The position numbers were made by a program, and so were the translations under genes. This document shows positions 31,880 through 42,622 of a stretch of DNA of 64,000 nt, one piece after another (positions within the stretch are counted from its first letter, which is position 1; each line of letters begins with the position of its first letter). This stretch comes from Nitrospinota bacterium (lineage in GTDB: Bacteria; Nitrospinota; Nitrospinia; Nitrospinales; VA-1). Location of the stretch: positions 462 to 64,461 of the forward strand of contig JAOMDP010000012.1 in NCBI GenBank assembly GCA_028345515.1. Reading direction: 5' to 3'. The notes under the pieces are model-generated. The model worked only from the letters and a program-made list of their open reading frames with translations, searched no databases and was not told the origin of the DNA.

Positions 31880-33260
31880 AGAATGCGGAGTAGTTGGGGT
31901 CTACGGTCACCCAGAAGCTGCTAACTTAGTTTACTTGGGACTCTATGCCCTGCAGCACCGTGGTCAGGAGAGTGCCGGCATTGTAGCCAGCACCCATTCA
32001 AAAATGCATTTGGAATTGGGAATGGGATTAGTCGCTGATATTTTTGACCCAGGCCGGCTTATGAAACTTCCTGGCCCTCTTGCTATTGGCCATAATCGCT
32101 ATTCGACAGCAGGGAAAAGTGAATTGGTTAACGCACAACCCTGCATGATCAACTACGCAGAGGGGTCTCTGGCCCTAGCGCACAATGGAAATCTAGTCAA
32201 TGCTCAAACTATCCGTAAAAGCTTAGCTAGCAAGGGAGCTATTTTTCAATCCACAAACGATAGTGAAGTCATCGTTCATTTGATGGCGCAGGCAAAAAGT
32301 GCAAGTTTTGTAGATCGTGCCGCCGAAGCCTTACGCCAAGTAAGTGGCGCATACTCCCTAGTACTGATGACAGAAAATGAATTGCTGGCAGCACGCGATC
32401 CACGCGGGTTCAGACCTCTTTGCCTTGGCAAGTTAGAGGGCGCCTACATCGTCGCCTCAGAAACCTGTGTTATGGACCTTATAGAAGCAGAATTTATTCG
32501 CGAAATAGAACCTGGCGAATTAATACTTATAAATGAAAATGGACTACAATCCTTTTTTCCGTTTAAAAAAGAAGAAACCAAACACTGTGTGTTTGAACAT
32601 ATATATTTCGCACGGCCCGATAGTTTTCTTTTTGGTGAGCATGTTTATATGGCACGTAAAGAAATGGGAAAAGCTATGGCGCAGGAAAGTCCGGCAGATG
32701 TCGATTTAGTTGTTCCCGTTCCCGACTCCGGGGTGGTTTCTGCAATGGGGTTTGCAGAAGAAAGTAACATACCTTTCGAGATGGGCTTGATCAGAAATCA
32801 TTACGTCGGACGAACTTTTATAGAACCTCAATCACAAATTCGAAATTTTGGAGTCAAATTAAAACTGAATGCTGTGAAAAATCTTATTGAGGGGAAACGA
32901 CTCGCTATCATTGACGATTCGATTGTCCGAGGAACAACAAGCCGTAAAATAGTTAAAATGCTCCTGGAATCGGGTGCCAAAGAGGTTCATCTTAGAATTT
33001 CTTCTCCTCCTATATTGCACTCGTGTTTTTACGGAATCGACACACCGAACAAAGAAGAATTAATTGCTCATACTAATACCCTTGAGGAAACGAGACAATA
33101 TTTAGGCGCAAACTCACTGAGCTACTTAAGCATTAATAAAATGTTGGAAGTGTTGCAAAATGGTAAGAACAAATTCTGCTCAGCCTGCTTCGACGGCAAC
33201 TACCCCGTACCTATAACTGACAGCATCGAAACCACGCAACAATTGGATTTATTCAAATGA
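31860..33260 (+). CDS. purF: Amidophosphoribosyltransferase
   Basis: EECG propeptide/Cys1, [15 protein letters not shown]. Confidence 0.97.
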   Translation: MLDKLHEECGVVGVYGHPEAANLVYLGLYALQHRGQESAGIVASTHSKMHLELGMGLVADIFDPGRLMKLPGPLAIGHNRYSTAGKSELVNAQPCMINYAEGSLALAHNGNLVNAQTIRKSLASKGAIFQSTNDSEVIVHLMAQAKSASFVDRAAEALRQVSGAYSLVLMTENELLAARDPRGFRPLCLGKLEGAYIVASETCVMDLIEAEFIREIEPGELILINENGLQSFFPFKKEETKHCVFEHIYFARPDSFLFGEHVYMARKEMGKAMAQESPADVDLVVPVPDSGVVSAMGFAEESNIPFEMGLIRNHYVGRTFIEPQSQIRNFGVKLKLNAVKNLIEGKRLAIIDDSIVRGTTSRKIVKMLLESGAKEVHLRISSPPILHSCFYGIDTPNKEELIAHTNTLEETRQYLGANSLSYLSINKMLEVLQNGKNKFCSACFDGNYPVPITDSIETTQQLDLFK

Positions 33261-33274
33261 TAAAAAACAACTGA

Positions 33275-36013
33275 TTAGTCCACTGATGGTTTTACAGGCT
33301 CGATTTTAACGGGAGTTTCCTGCAGAACCTTCCCTAAAGCTTTCACTTCCTTTTTGTAATCATTTAAGGATTGGTCGAATTTGGTTTGTGATTCCAAAAC
33401 TTTTTTATAAAATCTTTGTATCTTTTCATAATCCGTTTTGCTAAGAGTCAGATTTCTTTTTTCTTTAGTTTGGGGCTCCACGTTTTTGAATTCAGTAGTG
33501 ATGTTGTCAGAAATACCTGAGAGCTCTGGGAAAATTTTCTGCAAGGCTCCTTCCAGTGTGCGCTCCATGGCAATACTATCTTCGTAACCTACAATTACCC
33601 TCTTTAACTCTGGAATTTTTCCTGCATCGGCTTTCAAATATAAAGGCCTTACATATACCAAAGATTCTTCGATGGGAATTACAAGCAATGTTCCCTGAAT
33701 GACGCTTGAACCGCGTTGATCCCACAATGATATCTGACGTGAAATTTCAGCATCCTGATTAATTCGGGCCACAATTTGGCTTGGACCATAAACCAGTTTC
33801 TGTTTAGGGAAGGTATAAACATCGAGCTTACCATAGTTCTCGCCGTCACTACGGGCAACCATCCACGCAGACAAATTGCTTTTTCCTCGAGGAGTAAAAG
33901 GAACCATAAGAATGTATTCTTCCTGCGCCTCTCCGGGAAGTTTCATGATCGTATAGTAAGGTTGCATGACGCGGCCGTCTATTTCAGGGATTTCCCATTG
34001 GTCTTCTTTGTTATAAAAAACCTGTGGTCGTTTCATATGGTAGGTAGCATAAATAAATGTTTGAATCGCAAATAAGTCAGATGGGTACCGAATATGGTCT
34101 TTCAGATCTTTTGGCATCTCGGATAAATCCTGAAATAAAACCGGAAAAATATTCTGATATGTTTTGATGATAGGATCAGATAAATCCGAAATATAAAAAT
34201 TCATCGAGCCATCGTAAGCATCAATGGAAATTTTTACTGAATTTCGGACATAATTACCAAACCGTGGTATTTGCTGTGAGTAGGGATACCGGTTGCTAAC
34301 CGTATAAGCATCATAAAGCCAAATCAAACGTCCTTTGGATATAGTGAGATAAGGGTCGTTGTCCAATCTCAAAAAAGGCACAACTTTTTGAACACGTTCC
34401 GTTATATTACGGTACATCAAAACACGACTTTCGTTTTCAATATCATCTGAAAATAAAATTTTCAATGTTTTAAACCGTGCCGCAAGAACCATTTTCTTCA
34501 GAAAAGAACCTACCGCAAAACCACCTTTACCCTCATAATTTTTATAAACATTTTTTTCACCTTCAGGATAATCAAACTCTTTTGTTCCCGTATTCACAAA
34601 TACATGATCATTGGCCAATTCCCCAAAATATATTTCTGGTTGCAAAACCTTAAGGTCCACATTGGATTGTGGAGGAATATCCTTAATAAACAATACTGGT
34701 AAACCCTCAGGAGTCACTTGGTTTACAGGGCTTAAGGAGGCACCATAACCATGGGTGAAAGTCAGATGCTCATTGATCCAGGTACGATTTGGTAGATTAG
34801 AAGATAATAATTCTCTTGGCGACAACAAAGTCTGGCGGTATTTTCCATTAATTCTATATCGATCATTATCAACAGACTGAAATTGGTAATAAGTGCGTAT
34901 TTCCTGTATCTGCCCCAATGTGTCGAGAAGTGGTTCCTGATCCCACAACCTAATATTTTCTATAGTGGCATCGTTATTACGAATACTTTCAGCCGATAGC
35001 GATTCAGAACCTGAAAGACCATGAGTCTTTGTTTCACTCAGGCCATAACCACTTAAAGTCCCGGCGATAGTTCGCTCTATATAAAGTGCTTCTTTTATTA
35101 ATTCGTTGGGATCGACTACAAACTTTTGCAATATTTTTGGATAAATGTTCCCTAAAAAAAACATCAGTGCTAGCGCCACCCCAGATAAAACTATTTTCTT
35201 CATTCCCGGTTTTACTAAACCGAAAAAGGAAAATGCAGCGCCCACCAATGATACAAATATCAAAATATATAAGACGGGAATTGATCCATAGTCATCTGAA
35301 AATCCAATTCCCGCAATCAGGGTATTGCCTTTTGTCAACAATTCATATCTTTGAAAATAAAACTCACATGCAAAAAGAAGGAAAAAACAACCTGCCAACC
35401 CTGAAAGCGTCCTTCTAGCTTCTGGCAAAAGAACAACGCCTGTTGGGCTGATATAAACAAAACGTTTGAAAAAGTAAATTAATCCCACTCCAATAGAAAC
35501 CACTATCATGGTTTCCCAGATAAAGGATTTAACCATTAACCAAAAAGGTAGTGTAAAAATATAAAATGAAATATCTTTCCCAAAAACAGGGTCAAATTGA
35601 TTAAAAGAAGAGGCATTAAGATATTGGAGAACTATCTCCCACTGCTGTGCCATCACTAGACCAGTCATAAAAGCTAGAATCAATGGGGCTACTAAAATAA
35701 GCAACTTCAGGTTTTCCGCAATAATATCCAATAGAGGAAGTTCGCGTCGGACCTGTTCGGACAATAAAATAGGTAAATGGGATGTCTTTTTGAATAAACG
35801 ACTCAAGAACCCATAAGTGATAGCAAAAAACAAAATACCAACCAGAATCCCCAAACCAAATTGGGAAATCAAAACTGTCCAAAGCACTGAGGCAATACCA
35901 TGACTCTCGAACCACAACCAGTCGATGTAAAAGGAAACAATTTTATCTGCAAACATCGATCCAAGGAAGATGACCGAGCCAAATATGAACAACCATTTTT
36001 TTAAAGATCCCAT
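33275..36013 (-). CDS. UPF0182 family membrane protein
   Basis: DWLWF, DPVFGKDISFY, NIRLWD, HLTFTHGYG, NYVRNSVK. Confidence 0.93.
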   Translation of the reverse strand: MGSLKKWLFIFGSVIFLGSMFADKIVSFYIDWLWFESHGIASVLWTVLISQFGLGILVGILFFAITYGFLSRLFKKTSHLPILLSEQVRRELPLLDIIAENLKLLILVAPLILAFMTGLVMAQQWEIVLQYLNASSFNQFDPVFGKDISFYIFTLPFWLMVKSFIWETMIVVSIGVGLIYFFKRFVYISPTGVVLLPEARRTLSGLAGCFFLLFACEFYFQRYELLTKGNTLIAGIGFSDDYGSIPVLYILIFVSLVGAAFSFFGLVKPGMKKIVLSGVALALMFFLGNIYPKILQKFVVDPNELIKEALYIERTIAGTLSGYGLSETKTHGLSGSESLSAESIRNNDATIENIRLWDQEPLLDTLGQIQEIRTYYQFQSVDNDRYRINGKYRQTLLSPRELLSSNLPNRTWINEHLTFTHGYGASLSPVNQVTPEGLPVLFIKDIPPQSNVDLKVLQPEIYFGELANDHVFVNTGTKEFDYPEGEKNVYKNYEGKGGFAVGSFLKKMVLAARFKTLKILFSDDIENESRVLMYRNITERVQKVVPFLRLDNDPYLTISKGRLIWLYDAYTVSNRYPYSQQIPRFGNYVRNSVKISIDAYDGSMNFYISDLSDPIIKTYQNIFPVLFQDLSEMPKDLKDHIRYPSDLFAIQTFIYATYHMKRPQVFYNKEDQWEIPEIDGRVMQPYYTIMKLPGEAQEEYILMVPFTPRGKSNLSAWMVARSDGENYGKLDVYTFPKQKLVYGPSQIVARINQDAEISRQISLWDQRGSSVIQGTLLVIPIEESLVYVRPLYLKADAGKIPELKRVIVGYEDSIAMERTLEGALQKIFPELSGISDNITTEFKNVEPQTKEKRNLTLSKTDYEKIQRFYKKVLESQTKFDQSLNDYKKEVKALGKVLQETPVKIEPVKPSVD

Positions 36014-36023
36014 GAACTATCCT

Positions 36024-36578
36024 TTAAGTGGTCTTCCATTTAATAGAACATCCCATAGATGGAATTTGCTTTATAGCAATATTTCTATTAGAAAGAATAT
36101 TATCTATAGCCTGTTTCAGATCCCGCCGAGAGACTTTATCGGGCTTATCCCAGTTATCATCAATCCTCCCACGATAAAGCAGGGTTCTTTTAGTTCCATA
36201 AACATAAATATCAGGCGTGCAAACTGCATCATATTTTTTTGCAACCTCTTGCGATTCATCAAACAAATAAGGAAAGTTCATTTTCCATCCTTTTGAAACT
36301 CTATGCATACTCTCGAAAGAATCATCTGGATAATTAATGGCATCATTGCAATTGATACCGACAAACCTAACTCCTTGCCCTAAAAATTCTTGTTGCAAAT
36401 CTATCAGTCGCTCAATAACCGCCTTTACATAAGGACAATGATTGCACATGAAAATAATTACAAGCACCTTATATGCTGCAAAACTTTTAAGGCAATATTC
36501 TTTCCCATCAACACCAGGCAATTCAAAATCAATCACAGCAGTTCCCAAAGGAACCATAGAAGAATGTAATAAGGCCAT
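36024..36578 (-). CDS. Thioredoxin-family (AhpC/TSA-like) redoxin
   Basis: MCNHCPYV, YPDDSFE, CTPD, YRGRID, SMGCSIKW. Confidence 0.92.
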   Translation of the reverse strand: MALLHSSMVPLGTAVIDFELPGVDGKEYCLKSFAAYKVLVIIFMCNHCPYVKAVIERLIDLQQEFLGQGVRFVGINCNDAINYPDDSFESMHRVSKGWKMNFPYLFDESQEVAKKYDAVCTPDIYVYGTKRTLLYRGRIDDNWDKPDKVSRRDLKQAIDNILSNRNIAIKQIPSMGCSIKWKTT

Positions 36579-36592
36579 ATTTAATCTTAAAT

Positions 36593-37483
36593 TTAAGAGG
36601 GAGATTTACAGGTCATCCCTGTTACCCTGCAAGTATAACAGGCTGAATGGGCTAGCGGAAATGGCCTCATTGTTTGACTAATTGAATCACCCATTCGGGC
36701 TTTCGGATTATCTACTAAAATAGGACAAACATAAACTCCCTCGCCTGTTGCCATTCGAGATGTTGCGCATTGTAATTGAGTTATATCAAAATTTTCGAAA
36801 CATTCTGCTGTTACAAACTCTTCTTTTAAATAATCCCTTTCATTTTTTGCGAGCTGCCCCAACAAAAAACCAGGAAGTATTTTTATTTGCGGCTGCTGCA
36901 CACCGCTTTTCTGGAGAAATTTAATAAACTCCAATTCCATTGCAGAATCTTTTTCCTCCTCCCACGTCCGGGTTACCGTGAGTATGGGGGAAAAGCCTGC
37001 TTGCGCAAGAAAGGTGATCCCTTGAGCAGCTTTATGATAGGCATTCTCGCCCCTAATACTGTCATTTTTTTCTTGTTCAAAATGTTCCATACTAACTCGA
37101 AACTTTAAGGAATTTTTGCTTGCACTTTGAATTTCTCTGAGACGTCTTGCTTTTTCAAAGGTGATTTGCGTTCCATTAGTAAGAACATCAAGAGGGCCAT
37201 AACTCAAAATAGCTTGAAGAATTTCAAAAATTTCCGGATTAATAAAAACTTCACCACCCGTTATATAGTAATCCTTTACACCTATTTCTCGGGATTCATG
37301 CAATCTCTCTTTTACTTGTTTCAGCGTCATCATCTTGATGGTGTTATTCGTTGGGCTACAACTGATGAAACAATGCTTACACTCCAGGTTACAAAGCGTA
37401 CCCCCTACTTGCAGCCACAGTGTTTCCAGTTTTTTAAGCGGAACTTCAGGAAATTTTTCTTGAGCTATTATTTTATCATCCAT
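36593..37483 (-). CDS. Radical SAM protein (ArsS-related clade) with Cys-rich C-terminus
   Basis: CNLECKHC motif, TGGE, LTNG; C-terminal CPIL and HSACYTC. Confidence 0.9.
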   Translation of the reverse strand: MDDKIIAQEKFPEVPLKKLETLWLQVGGTLCNLECKHCFISCSPTNNTIKMMTLKQVKERLHESREIGVKDYYITGGEVFINPEIFEILQAILSYGPLDVLTNGTQITFEKARRLREIQSASKNSLKFRVSMEHFEQEKNDSIRGENAYHKAAQGITFLAQAGFSPILTVTRTWEEEKDSAMELEFIKFLQKSGVQQPQIKILPGFLLGQLAKNERDYLKEEFVTAECFENFDITQLQCATSRMATGEGVYVCPILVDNPKARMGDSISQTMRPFPLAHSACYTCRVTGMTCKSPS

Positions 37484-37592
37484 GCTAATAGCCTAACAAA
37501 GGGCTCTGATTTGTACCAGTAAAAGTTAAAACTCTGGCCACTAGGTATTGGTCAACTAATCACAAAATTGATTTCAGACTGTTACCAGCTTG

Positions 37593-38735
37593 TTATAATC
37601 CGGCAGATTCAAAGGAGTCACTCACATTACGAATCCGTAGTTTTCGGCGTATTGCCGCAAACCCTGCGGAAGTCCTCTTCCCAAGTCCAGAACGGTATAC
37701 AGGCGTGACTGCAAGCCTGGCTTTCAAGGGGTCTTCCGTGAAAAATCGGGTGTCCAGTGGACTTAGAAACCGGCAGGCTGGATATAACCATTTGAGAGGG
37801 ATATTATTGCGTTGAATTGCCTGATCCATGTGATCCGCAAGTTTCACAAGATTAGGATAGCTTGAAGGTTCTGTTACACTATCTCGCTGCATATGAATTA
37901 ATGGAATGGTTCCCGAATCAGTCAAACGATCTATCACATCTTTAAACTTATCTTGAGAACCTGGACCGAGAATTAGATCAGTCCAAACCGTCCCCGGCGA
38001 AAAAACACTGGATGCATATTCCAAAGCTTCATAAATTTTTTCAGTGCCCATAATTTTTTTTGACTTTACAGTCCCATAAAACCCACCGAGAGGAAAATTT
38101 ACGATATCAAACCCAGAAGCATATACATGATCAAGTGTGTTTTTATTTAAAGGGGGAAATCCTTTTAAAGCCACAAAAGTGTTAAAACGTTTTTTGATGG
38201 ATTCTACCAAGGGTGCCAGTCTCTGAAATCCTCGGTCATCCTCATTACTGTAATCCATATTCAACTGAATTAAATCGGCAGCACCTTCTTCAAATGCCGC
38301 CTGGATTACGGAAAGAATAACATCGATCGGCATACTCAGTTTTTTTCCCTTTCCAAGGGAGCGGAGAAAAATATTGAAACAATAACCATCTAGGCAAATA
38401 TTTTCCGAAACCGGAGTACGTTTTTTTAATTGCTGTTTAAGAAATTCTGGCACGGGAATAATACTTACATCCGTTTCACCCTCTTCCATATGAAGCCGAA
38501 GCCGATCTTCCTGTGCTATCAATTTTGGACCATTCTTATCGGGAGGGTTTAAGGAAGTTTTAACAATAAAGTCTTCACTCAATGCCAGCGTTATTTCCTC
38601 CCCTGGATCCCCAGAACACAGTCCACTAGACACTTCCTCAAGACCTTGTAAAAGTGGCGGTATAGTAAGACCCCTCTGAATCAGACCTAGCTTGATTTGT
38701 CCAAAATATTTCTTATCCATTAAACCTTTACACAC
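37593..38735 (-). CDS. Radical-SAM-fold-like protein lacking the CxxxCxxC motif
   Basis: Resembles MSMEG_0568/biotin-synthase-like rSAM barrels (DRG...L...IK, ALEYA..VF..G.V..LI.G) with no Cys triad; true start may be the second Met. Confidence 0.6.
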   Translation of the reverse strand: MCKGLMDKKYFGQIKLGLIQRGLTIPPLLQGLEEVSSGLCSGDPGEEITLALSEDFIVKTSLNPPDKNGPKLIAQEDRLRLHMEEGETDVSIIPVPEFLKQQLKKRTPVSENICLDGYCFNIFLRSLGKGKKLSMPIDVILSVIQAAFEEGAADLIQLNMDYSNEDDRGFQRLAPLVESIKKRFNTFVALKGFPPLNKNTLDHVYASGFDIVNFPLGGFYGTVKSKKIMGTEKIYEALEYASSVFSPGTVWTDLILGPGSQDKFKDVIDRLTDSGTIPLIHMQRDSVTEPSSYPNLVKLADHMDQAIQRNNIPLKWLYPACRFLSPLDTRFFTEDPLKARLAVTPVYRSGLGKRTSAGFAAIRRKLRIRNVSDSFESAGL

Positions 38736-38753
38736 ATTAAATTCAGAAAAAGT

Positions 38754-40148
38754 TTATAACCCTTCTAAAATTTTTTGGTGAATTCCACCAAATCCACCGG
38801 AGGACATAACAAGAATCACATCACCCTGCCTAGAGTTCTTAATTATATAATCTACTATATCATCCACTTCAGGAATAAAGTAAGCCACGCCACCTAAATT
38901 ACAAATGGACGCCGTAACCGCCTCTACATCGAGTCTTTCCTCTTCGCTTATTTTATCTGGATAAAATAACCCGGCTAGGATAACTCGATCTGCTTTTAGA
39001 AAACTTGTTCGGAAAGACTCTTCAAAAAATTTTCTCCGTGATGTTGCCGATCTGGGCTCAAAGACTGCCCAGACACGTTGTTTGGGATAAGCTTTTTTTA
39101 CTGCATCAATAGTCAAATTAATCGCTGTAGGATGATGAGCAAAATCATCAATAATTATTACTCCATTTTTTTCTCCTACTATTTCCTGCCGGCGTTTGAT
39201 TCCTTTAAAAGTCGTGAATCCTTTATTTATTTCGTCTCCGTTCAGGCCCATTTTAAAACATAAGCCTGCCACAGCGGCAGCATTTTCTACATTATGCTGA
39301 CCCATCATTGCTAATTTAAAATCGCCTCGATGTGTACCTTGAAATGACAAACTAAAATGGCCGTATCCTTCTTCAAATCGATAGTTGTTAATATGCCAAT
39401 CTGCACCTCCTTTAAAACCATAGGTTTCTATATTACAAGAGGCCGACTTCACCACATCCTTAATATTATTATCATCCGATTTCACCAACAATAGGCCATC
39501 CGGCTTCAATAACCCAACATAATTTCGAAATACCTTCTTGATCTGATCCAAGTCTTTAAAAATATCACCATGATCGAATTCGATACTGGTTAATATTGAA
39601 GCATCGGGCCGGTAGTGAAGAAATTTAGGACCTTTATCAAAAAAGGCACTGTCATACTCATCTCCTTCTGTCACAAAGTATTCACCCTGCGAAACTTGGT
39701 GGTTGGTGTTGAAATTTTTTAACCAACCTCCAACCATAAATCCCGGTTTCCTTTCGGCCGACTCCAGCACCCAACTCAACAAAGAAGTCGTTGTCGTCTT
39801 ACCGTGAGTGCCTGTCACTACAAGAGATTTTTGCCCCTCAAGGAAAAATTGCGCAAGCGCCACCGGAAAAGATGTATAGGGAATACCCATTTTAAAAACG
39901 GTCTGCACCTCTTCATTATTCTTTGATACAGCATTGCCAACGATTACTAAATCAATATCTTTTGAAATATTTTCCTTTTTATAGCCAGGAAAGATTTTAA
40001 TGCCCGCATCATTCAGAAGCGTGCTCATAGGGGGATAAATATTAGTATCTGACCCTTTAACACAATGTCCAGTTTTTTTGAGTAACCCGGCAAGTGCGGC
40101 CATGCCGGTGCCACAAATGGCGATAAGATAAATATTTTTGGGTTTCAT
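38754..40148 (-). CDS. mpl: Murein peptide ligase
   Basis: ICGTGM, YPPMST, GTHGKTTT, EGDEYDSAFFDK, DDFAHHPTA, FEPRS. Confidence 0.95.
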   Translation of the reverse strand: MKPKNIYLIAICGTGMAALAGLLKKTGHCVKGSDTNIYPPMSTLLNDAGIKIFPGYKKENISKDIDLVIVGNAVSKNNEEVQTVFKMGIPYTSFPVALAQFFLEGQKSLVVTGTHGKTTTTSLLSWVLESAERKPGFMVGGWLKNFNTNHQVSQGEYFVTEGDEYDSAFFDKGPKFLHYRPDASILTSIEFDHGDIFKDLDQIKKVFRNYVGLLKPDGLLLVKSDDNNIKDVVKSASCNIETYGFKGGADWHINNYRFEEGYGHFSLSFQGTHRGDFKLAMMGQHNVENAAAVAGLCFKMGLNGDEINKGFTTFKGIKRRQEIVGEKNGVIIIDDFAHHPTAINLTIDAVKKAYPKQRVWAVFEPRSATSRRKFFEESFRTSFLKADRVILAGLFYPDKISEEERLDVEAVTASICNLGGVAYFIPEVDDIVDYIIKNSRQGDVILVMSSGGFGGIHQKILEGL

Positions 40149-40256
40149 AGGAAGGGGGCATTTTAGAAACTACCCCTTATAAAGTCAATAGTTCCCTGAT
40201 GGCAGAAGAAATAAACTGATTACCAAAATAAGAGGCTAAGTTATATTATTAGAGTA

Positions 40257-40904
40257 TTAAGAGAACATTCCTTTTAGCTTAGAGAGACAATCAACTGAGC
40301 AATCGGGACTCGCTGCAGCAATTTCTTCCGGTAATCCCAATCCATAATTCACCACACAGGTATAAACTCCTGCTCGCTTACCTGTCTCAATATCTACTGG
40401 ACTATCACCGATTAAAACAGCCTCATCAGGTGACACTTTTAATTTCTTTAATATGAGATCTAAACCTTCCGGATGAGGTTTTTTGGTTTTCACACTATCG
40501 CCACCAATAATGGCTTGAAAATGTTGCAAACCATCCAATGACTCTAAAATTTTTCGCACAAAAATTTCTGGCTTATTTGAACAGATAGCCTGTTTTTTAT
40601 TCCTAAAATGTTCAAGAATTTCTCTACCGTGTGGATAAAAATCAGTATGCTTGACCAGATTTTCCGAATAATGTTTTTTAAACAGGGCGACCGCTCTCGG
40701 GATATCAGTGAAACACGAACCCTCTAAAGTTTGCGCCATCAAGCGCTCCACTCCTTTCCCTATATATTTACGAATCGTTTTCCGGGGCAATTGAGGAAGA
40801 CCAAGATCAACAAGAGAGAGGTTGACCGAATCGGCAATATCAAAAAGGGTATCTACCAGCGTTCCATCAAAATCGTAGATGATAAGAGAAGTTTTACGCA
40901 TCAA
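40257..40904 (-). CDS. HAD-family hydrolase (phosphoglycolate phosphatase-like)
   Basis: DFDGTLVD, SNKP, KPHP, GDS..D. Confidence 0.9.
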   Translation of the reverse strand: MMRKTSLIIYDFDGTLVDTLFDIADSVNLSLVDLGLPQLPRKTIRKYIGKGVERLMAQTLEGSCFTDIPRAVALFKKHYSENLVKHTDFYPHGREILEHFRNKKQAICSNKPEIFVRKILESLDGLQHFQAIIGGDSVKTKKPHPEGLDLILKKLKVSPDEAVLIGDSPVDIETGKRAGVYTCVVNYGLGLPEEIAAASPDCSVDCLSKLKGMFS

Positions 40905-41016
40905 ATTGTATCAGCATGCTGTCGTTAGAAACTGATAATTGTCAAAAATTTAATTTGTAGTTATACCGAATTTTTTCAATAAATCTTTAGACTTGTTTAT
41001 ACCAAGAATTTTACTG

Positions 41017-41322
41017 TCAATAGTTGGATTCGTAGCGATAAGCTTTGACTTTATTTTGATCATCGAAAAGAATGACGAGCCCTTTTGACTCCATATCTCC
41101 TAAGGCACGCCATTTATCTATCTGATAAGTCCACATAGTATAACCATTTTCGGTTCCTTCTTTAAATGGCACTCCGAACCAGTCGATGATTTCCAATTGG
41201 GTTGTCACATTATTTATAATATTTTTGACTTTCTCACTATCAAAATCTTTTCCCACGGAAGCACAGCCTGTGAACGACAATAACAAGAACATCACCATAC
41301 TAAAGTAGAGAATATTTTTCAT
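41017..41322 (-). CDS. Small BamE/SmpA-like lipoprotein
   Basis: Lipobox FTGC; GKDF...TT...I...FG.P, WTY. Confidence 0.75.
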   Translation of the reverse strand: MKNILYFSMVMFLLLSFTGCASVGKDFDSEKVKNIINNVTTQLEIIDWFGVPFKEGTENGYTMWTYQIDKWRALGDMESKGLVILFDDQNKVKAYRYESNY

Positions 41323-42341
41323 AACTCTCCTCCATTAGGATAGAGTTTTCTATATTCTGAGAGAATTTTTATAGCATCAGTGTGTGCATTAAGTGGCAGT
41401 CGCCCTCCCATATGTGAAACAACCTGCGCAGCGCAATAGGAACCTAAGATGGCCGATTCTTCCAGAGAATAATCTTTCAAAAGCCCATAAAGAGCGCCTG
41501 CAGCAAAAAGATCCCCAGCTCCTGTTGTGTCTACGGCATGAACTGGAAAAGTTTGTACTTGCGTTGGTTTCAAACCGTTTTTACCAACCAAGGAACCTTT
41601 CGACCCAAGTGTCAGAAATACTGTATCGACCATAGCCTGAAGTTTTTCATAGGCAACAATGAAATCGGTTTCTCCTGTAATCGCCTGAGCTTCTACCTCA
41701 TTACAAAAAAGGATATCAACATTCGATTGTATAAACTCAACAATGCTTTCCTTGAATGAATTAACAACAAAAGCATCGCTTAAAGTAAAAGACACAGGTA
41801 TCCTTTCTTCCTTGGCAATTCTGGCCATATGTTGCCCGGCCTCACGAGTGTCATCACCTGTCCACAAATATCCTTCTATATAAATACCTCGTGCGTTTTT
41901 GACAATTGTTTCATCTATATTCTCTGAATGGAGAGAAGAAGAAACACCAAGATTAGTTAGCATGGTTCGTTCCGTATCCGGTGTAACCAAAATCACACAG
42001 GTTCCCGTTCCCTCTTGATCTGAACCGGGCCCACTAAAACCGACACCACAACTCTTCATATCTTCTGTATAATGCTGTCCATTCGAATCATTGGCAACAC
42101 GCCCCAGATAATAAGATTTTGCTCCCAGAACACTGGCACCATGCACGGTGTTTGCCGCAGAACCCCCTGAGGAAATTTTTTTAGGCTTGGACTGCAAAGA
42201 TAACAAGATTTTATTTTGATCTTCTAGGGAAGATAATGTCATCCCGCCCTTGGTCACTGCAGCATTTTCAATAAAAACATCATCTACCTGCACCTCAATA
42301 TCGACCAAAGCGTTCCCTATACCAATAAGATCATAACTCAT
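41319..42341 (-). CDS. PfkB-family (adenosine kinase-like) kinase
   Basis: GNALVD, GGSAANT, ERTM.T.LG, DTTGAGD. Confidence 0.92.
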   Translation of the reverse strand: MSYDLIGIGNALVDIEVQVDDVFIENAAVTKGGMTLSSLEDQNKILLSLQSKPKKISSGGSAANTVHGASVLGAKSYYLGRVANDSNGQHYTEDMKSCGVGFSGPGSDQEGTGTCVILVTPDTERTMLTNLGVSSSLHSENIDETIVKNARGIYIEGYLWTGDDTREAGQHMARIAKEERIPVSFTLSDAFVVNSFKESIVEFIQSNVDILFCNEVEAQAITGETDFIVAYEKLQAMVDTVFLTLGSKGSLVGKNGLKPTQVQTFPVHAVDTTGAGDLFAAGALYGLLKDYSLEESAILGSYCAAQVVSHMGGRLPLNAHTDAIKILSEYRKLYPNGGEL

Positions 42342-42622
42342 GAATTTTTAGTTCTTCTCCATTAAGTTTTGTTTACAAAATTCTTATAAATTAAAATACT
42401 GGGTAACAATAAGCCTACAAATAAAAAAATGTGCGAACCAATTCATACCACTCCATCGTTATTCAAATAGACACCAATAACACCGTGTTTGACACAAATA
42501 AAGCTGATTATGAACGGTTTCCTTTTATATAATATAAGCGAATTCAAACAAAACCTAGACTCCCTAATTCTAAACCAATTGTCAATTGTAAAATTTATTT
42601 TTACGGAGTAGAATTTTCATTA

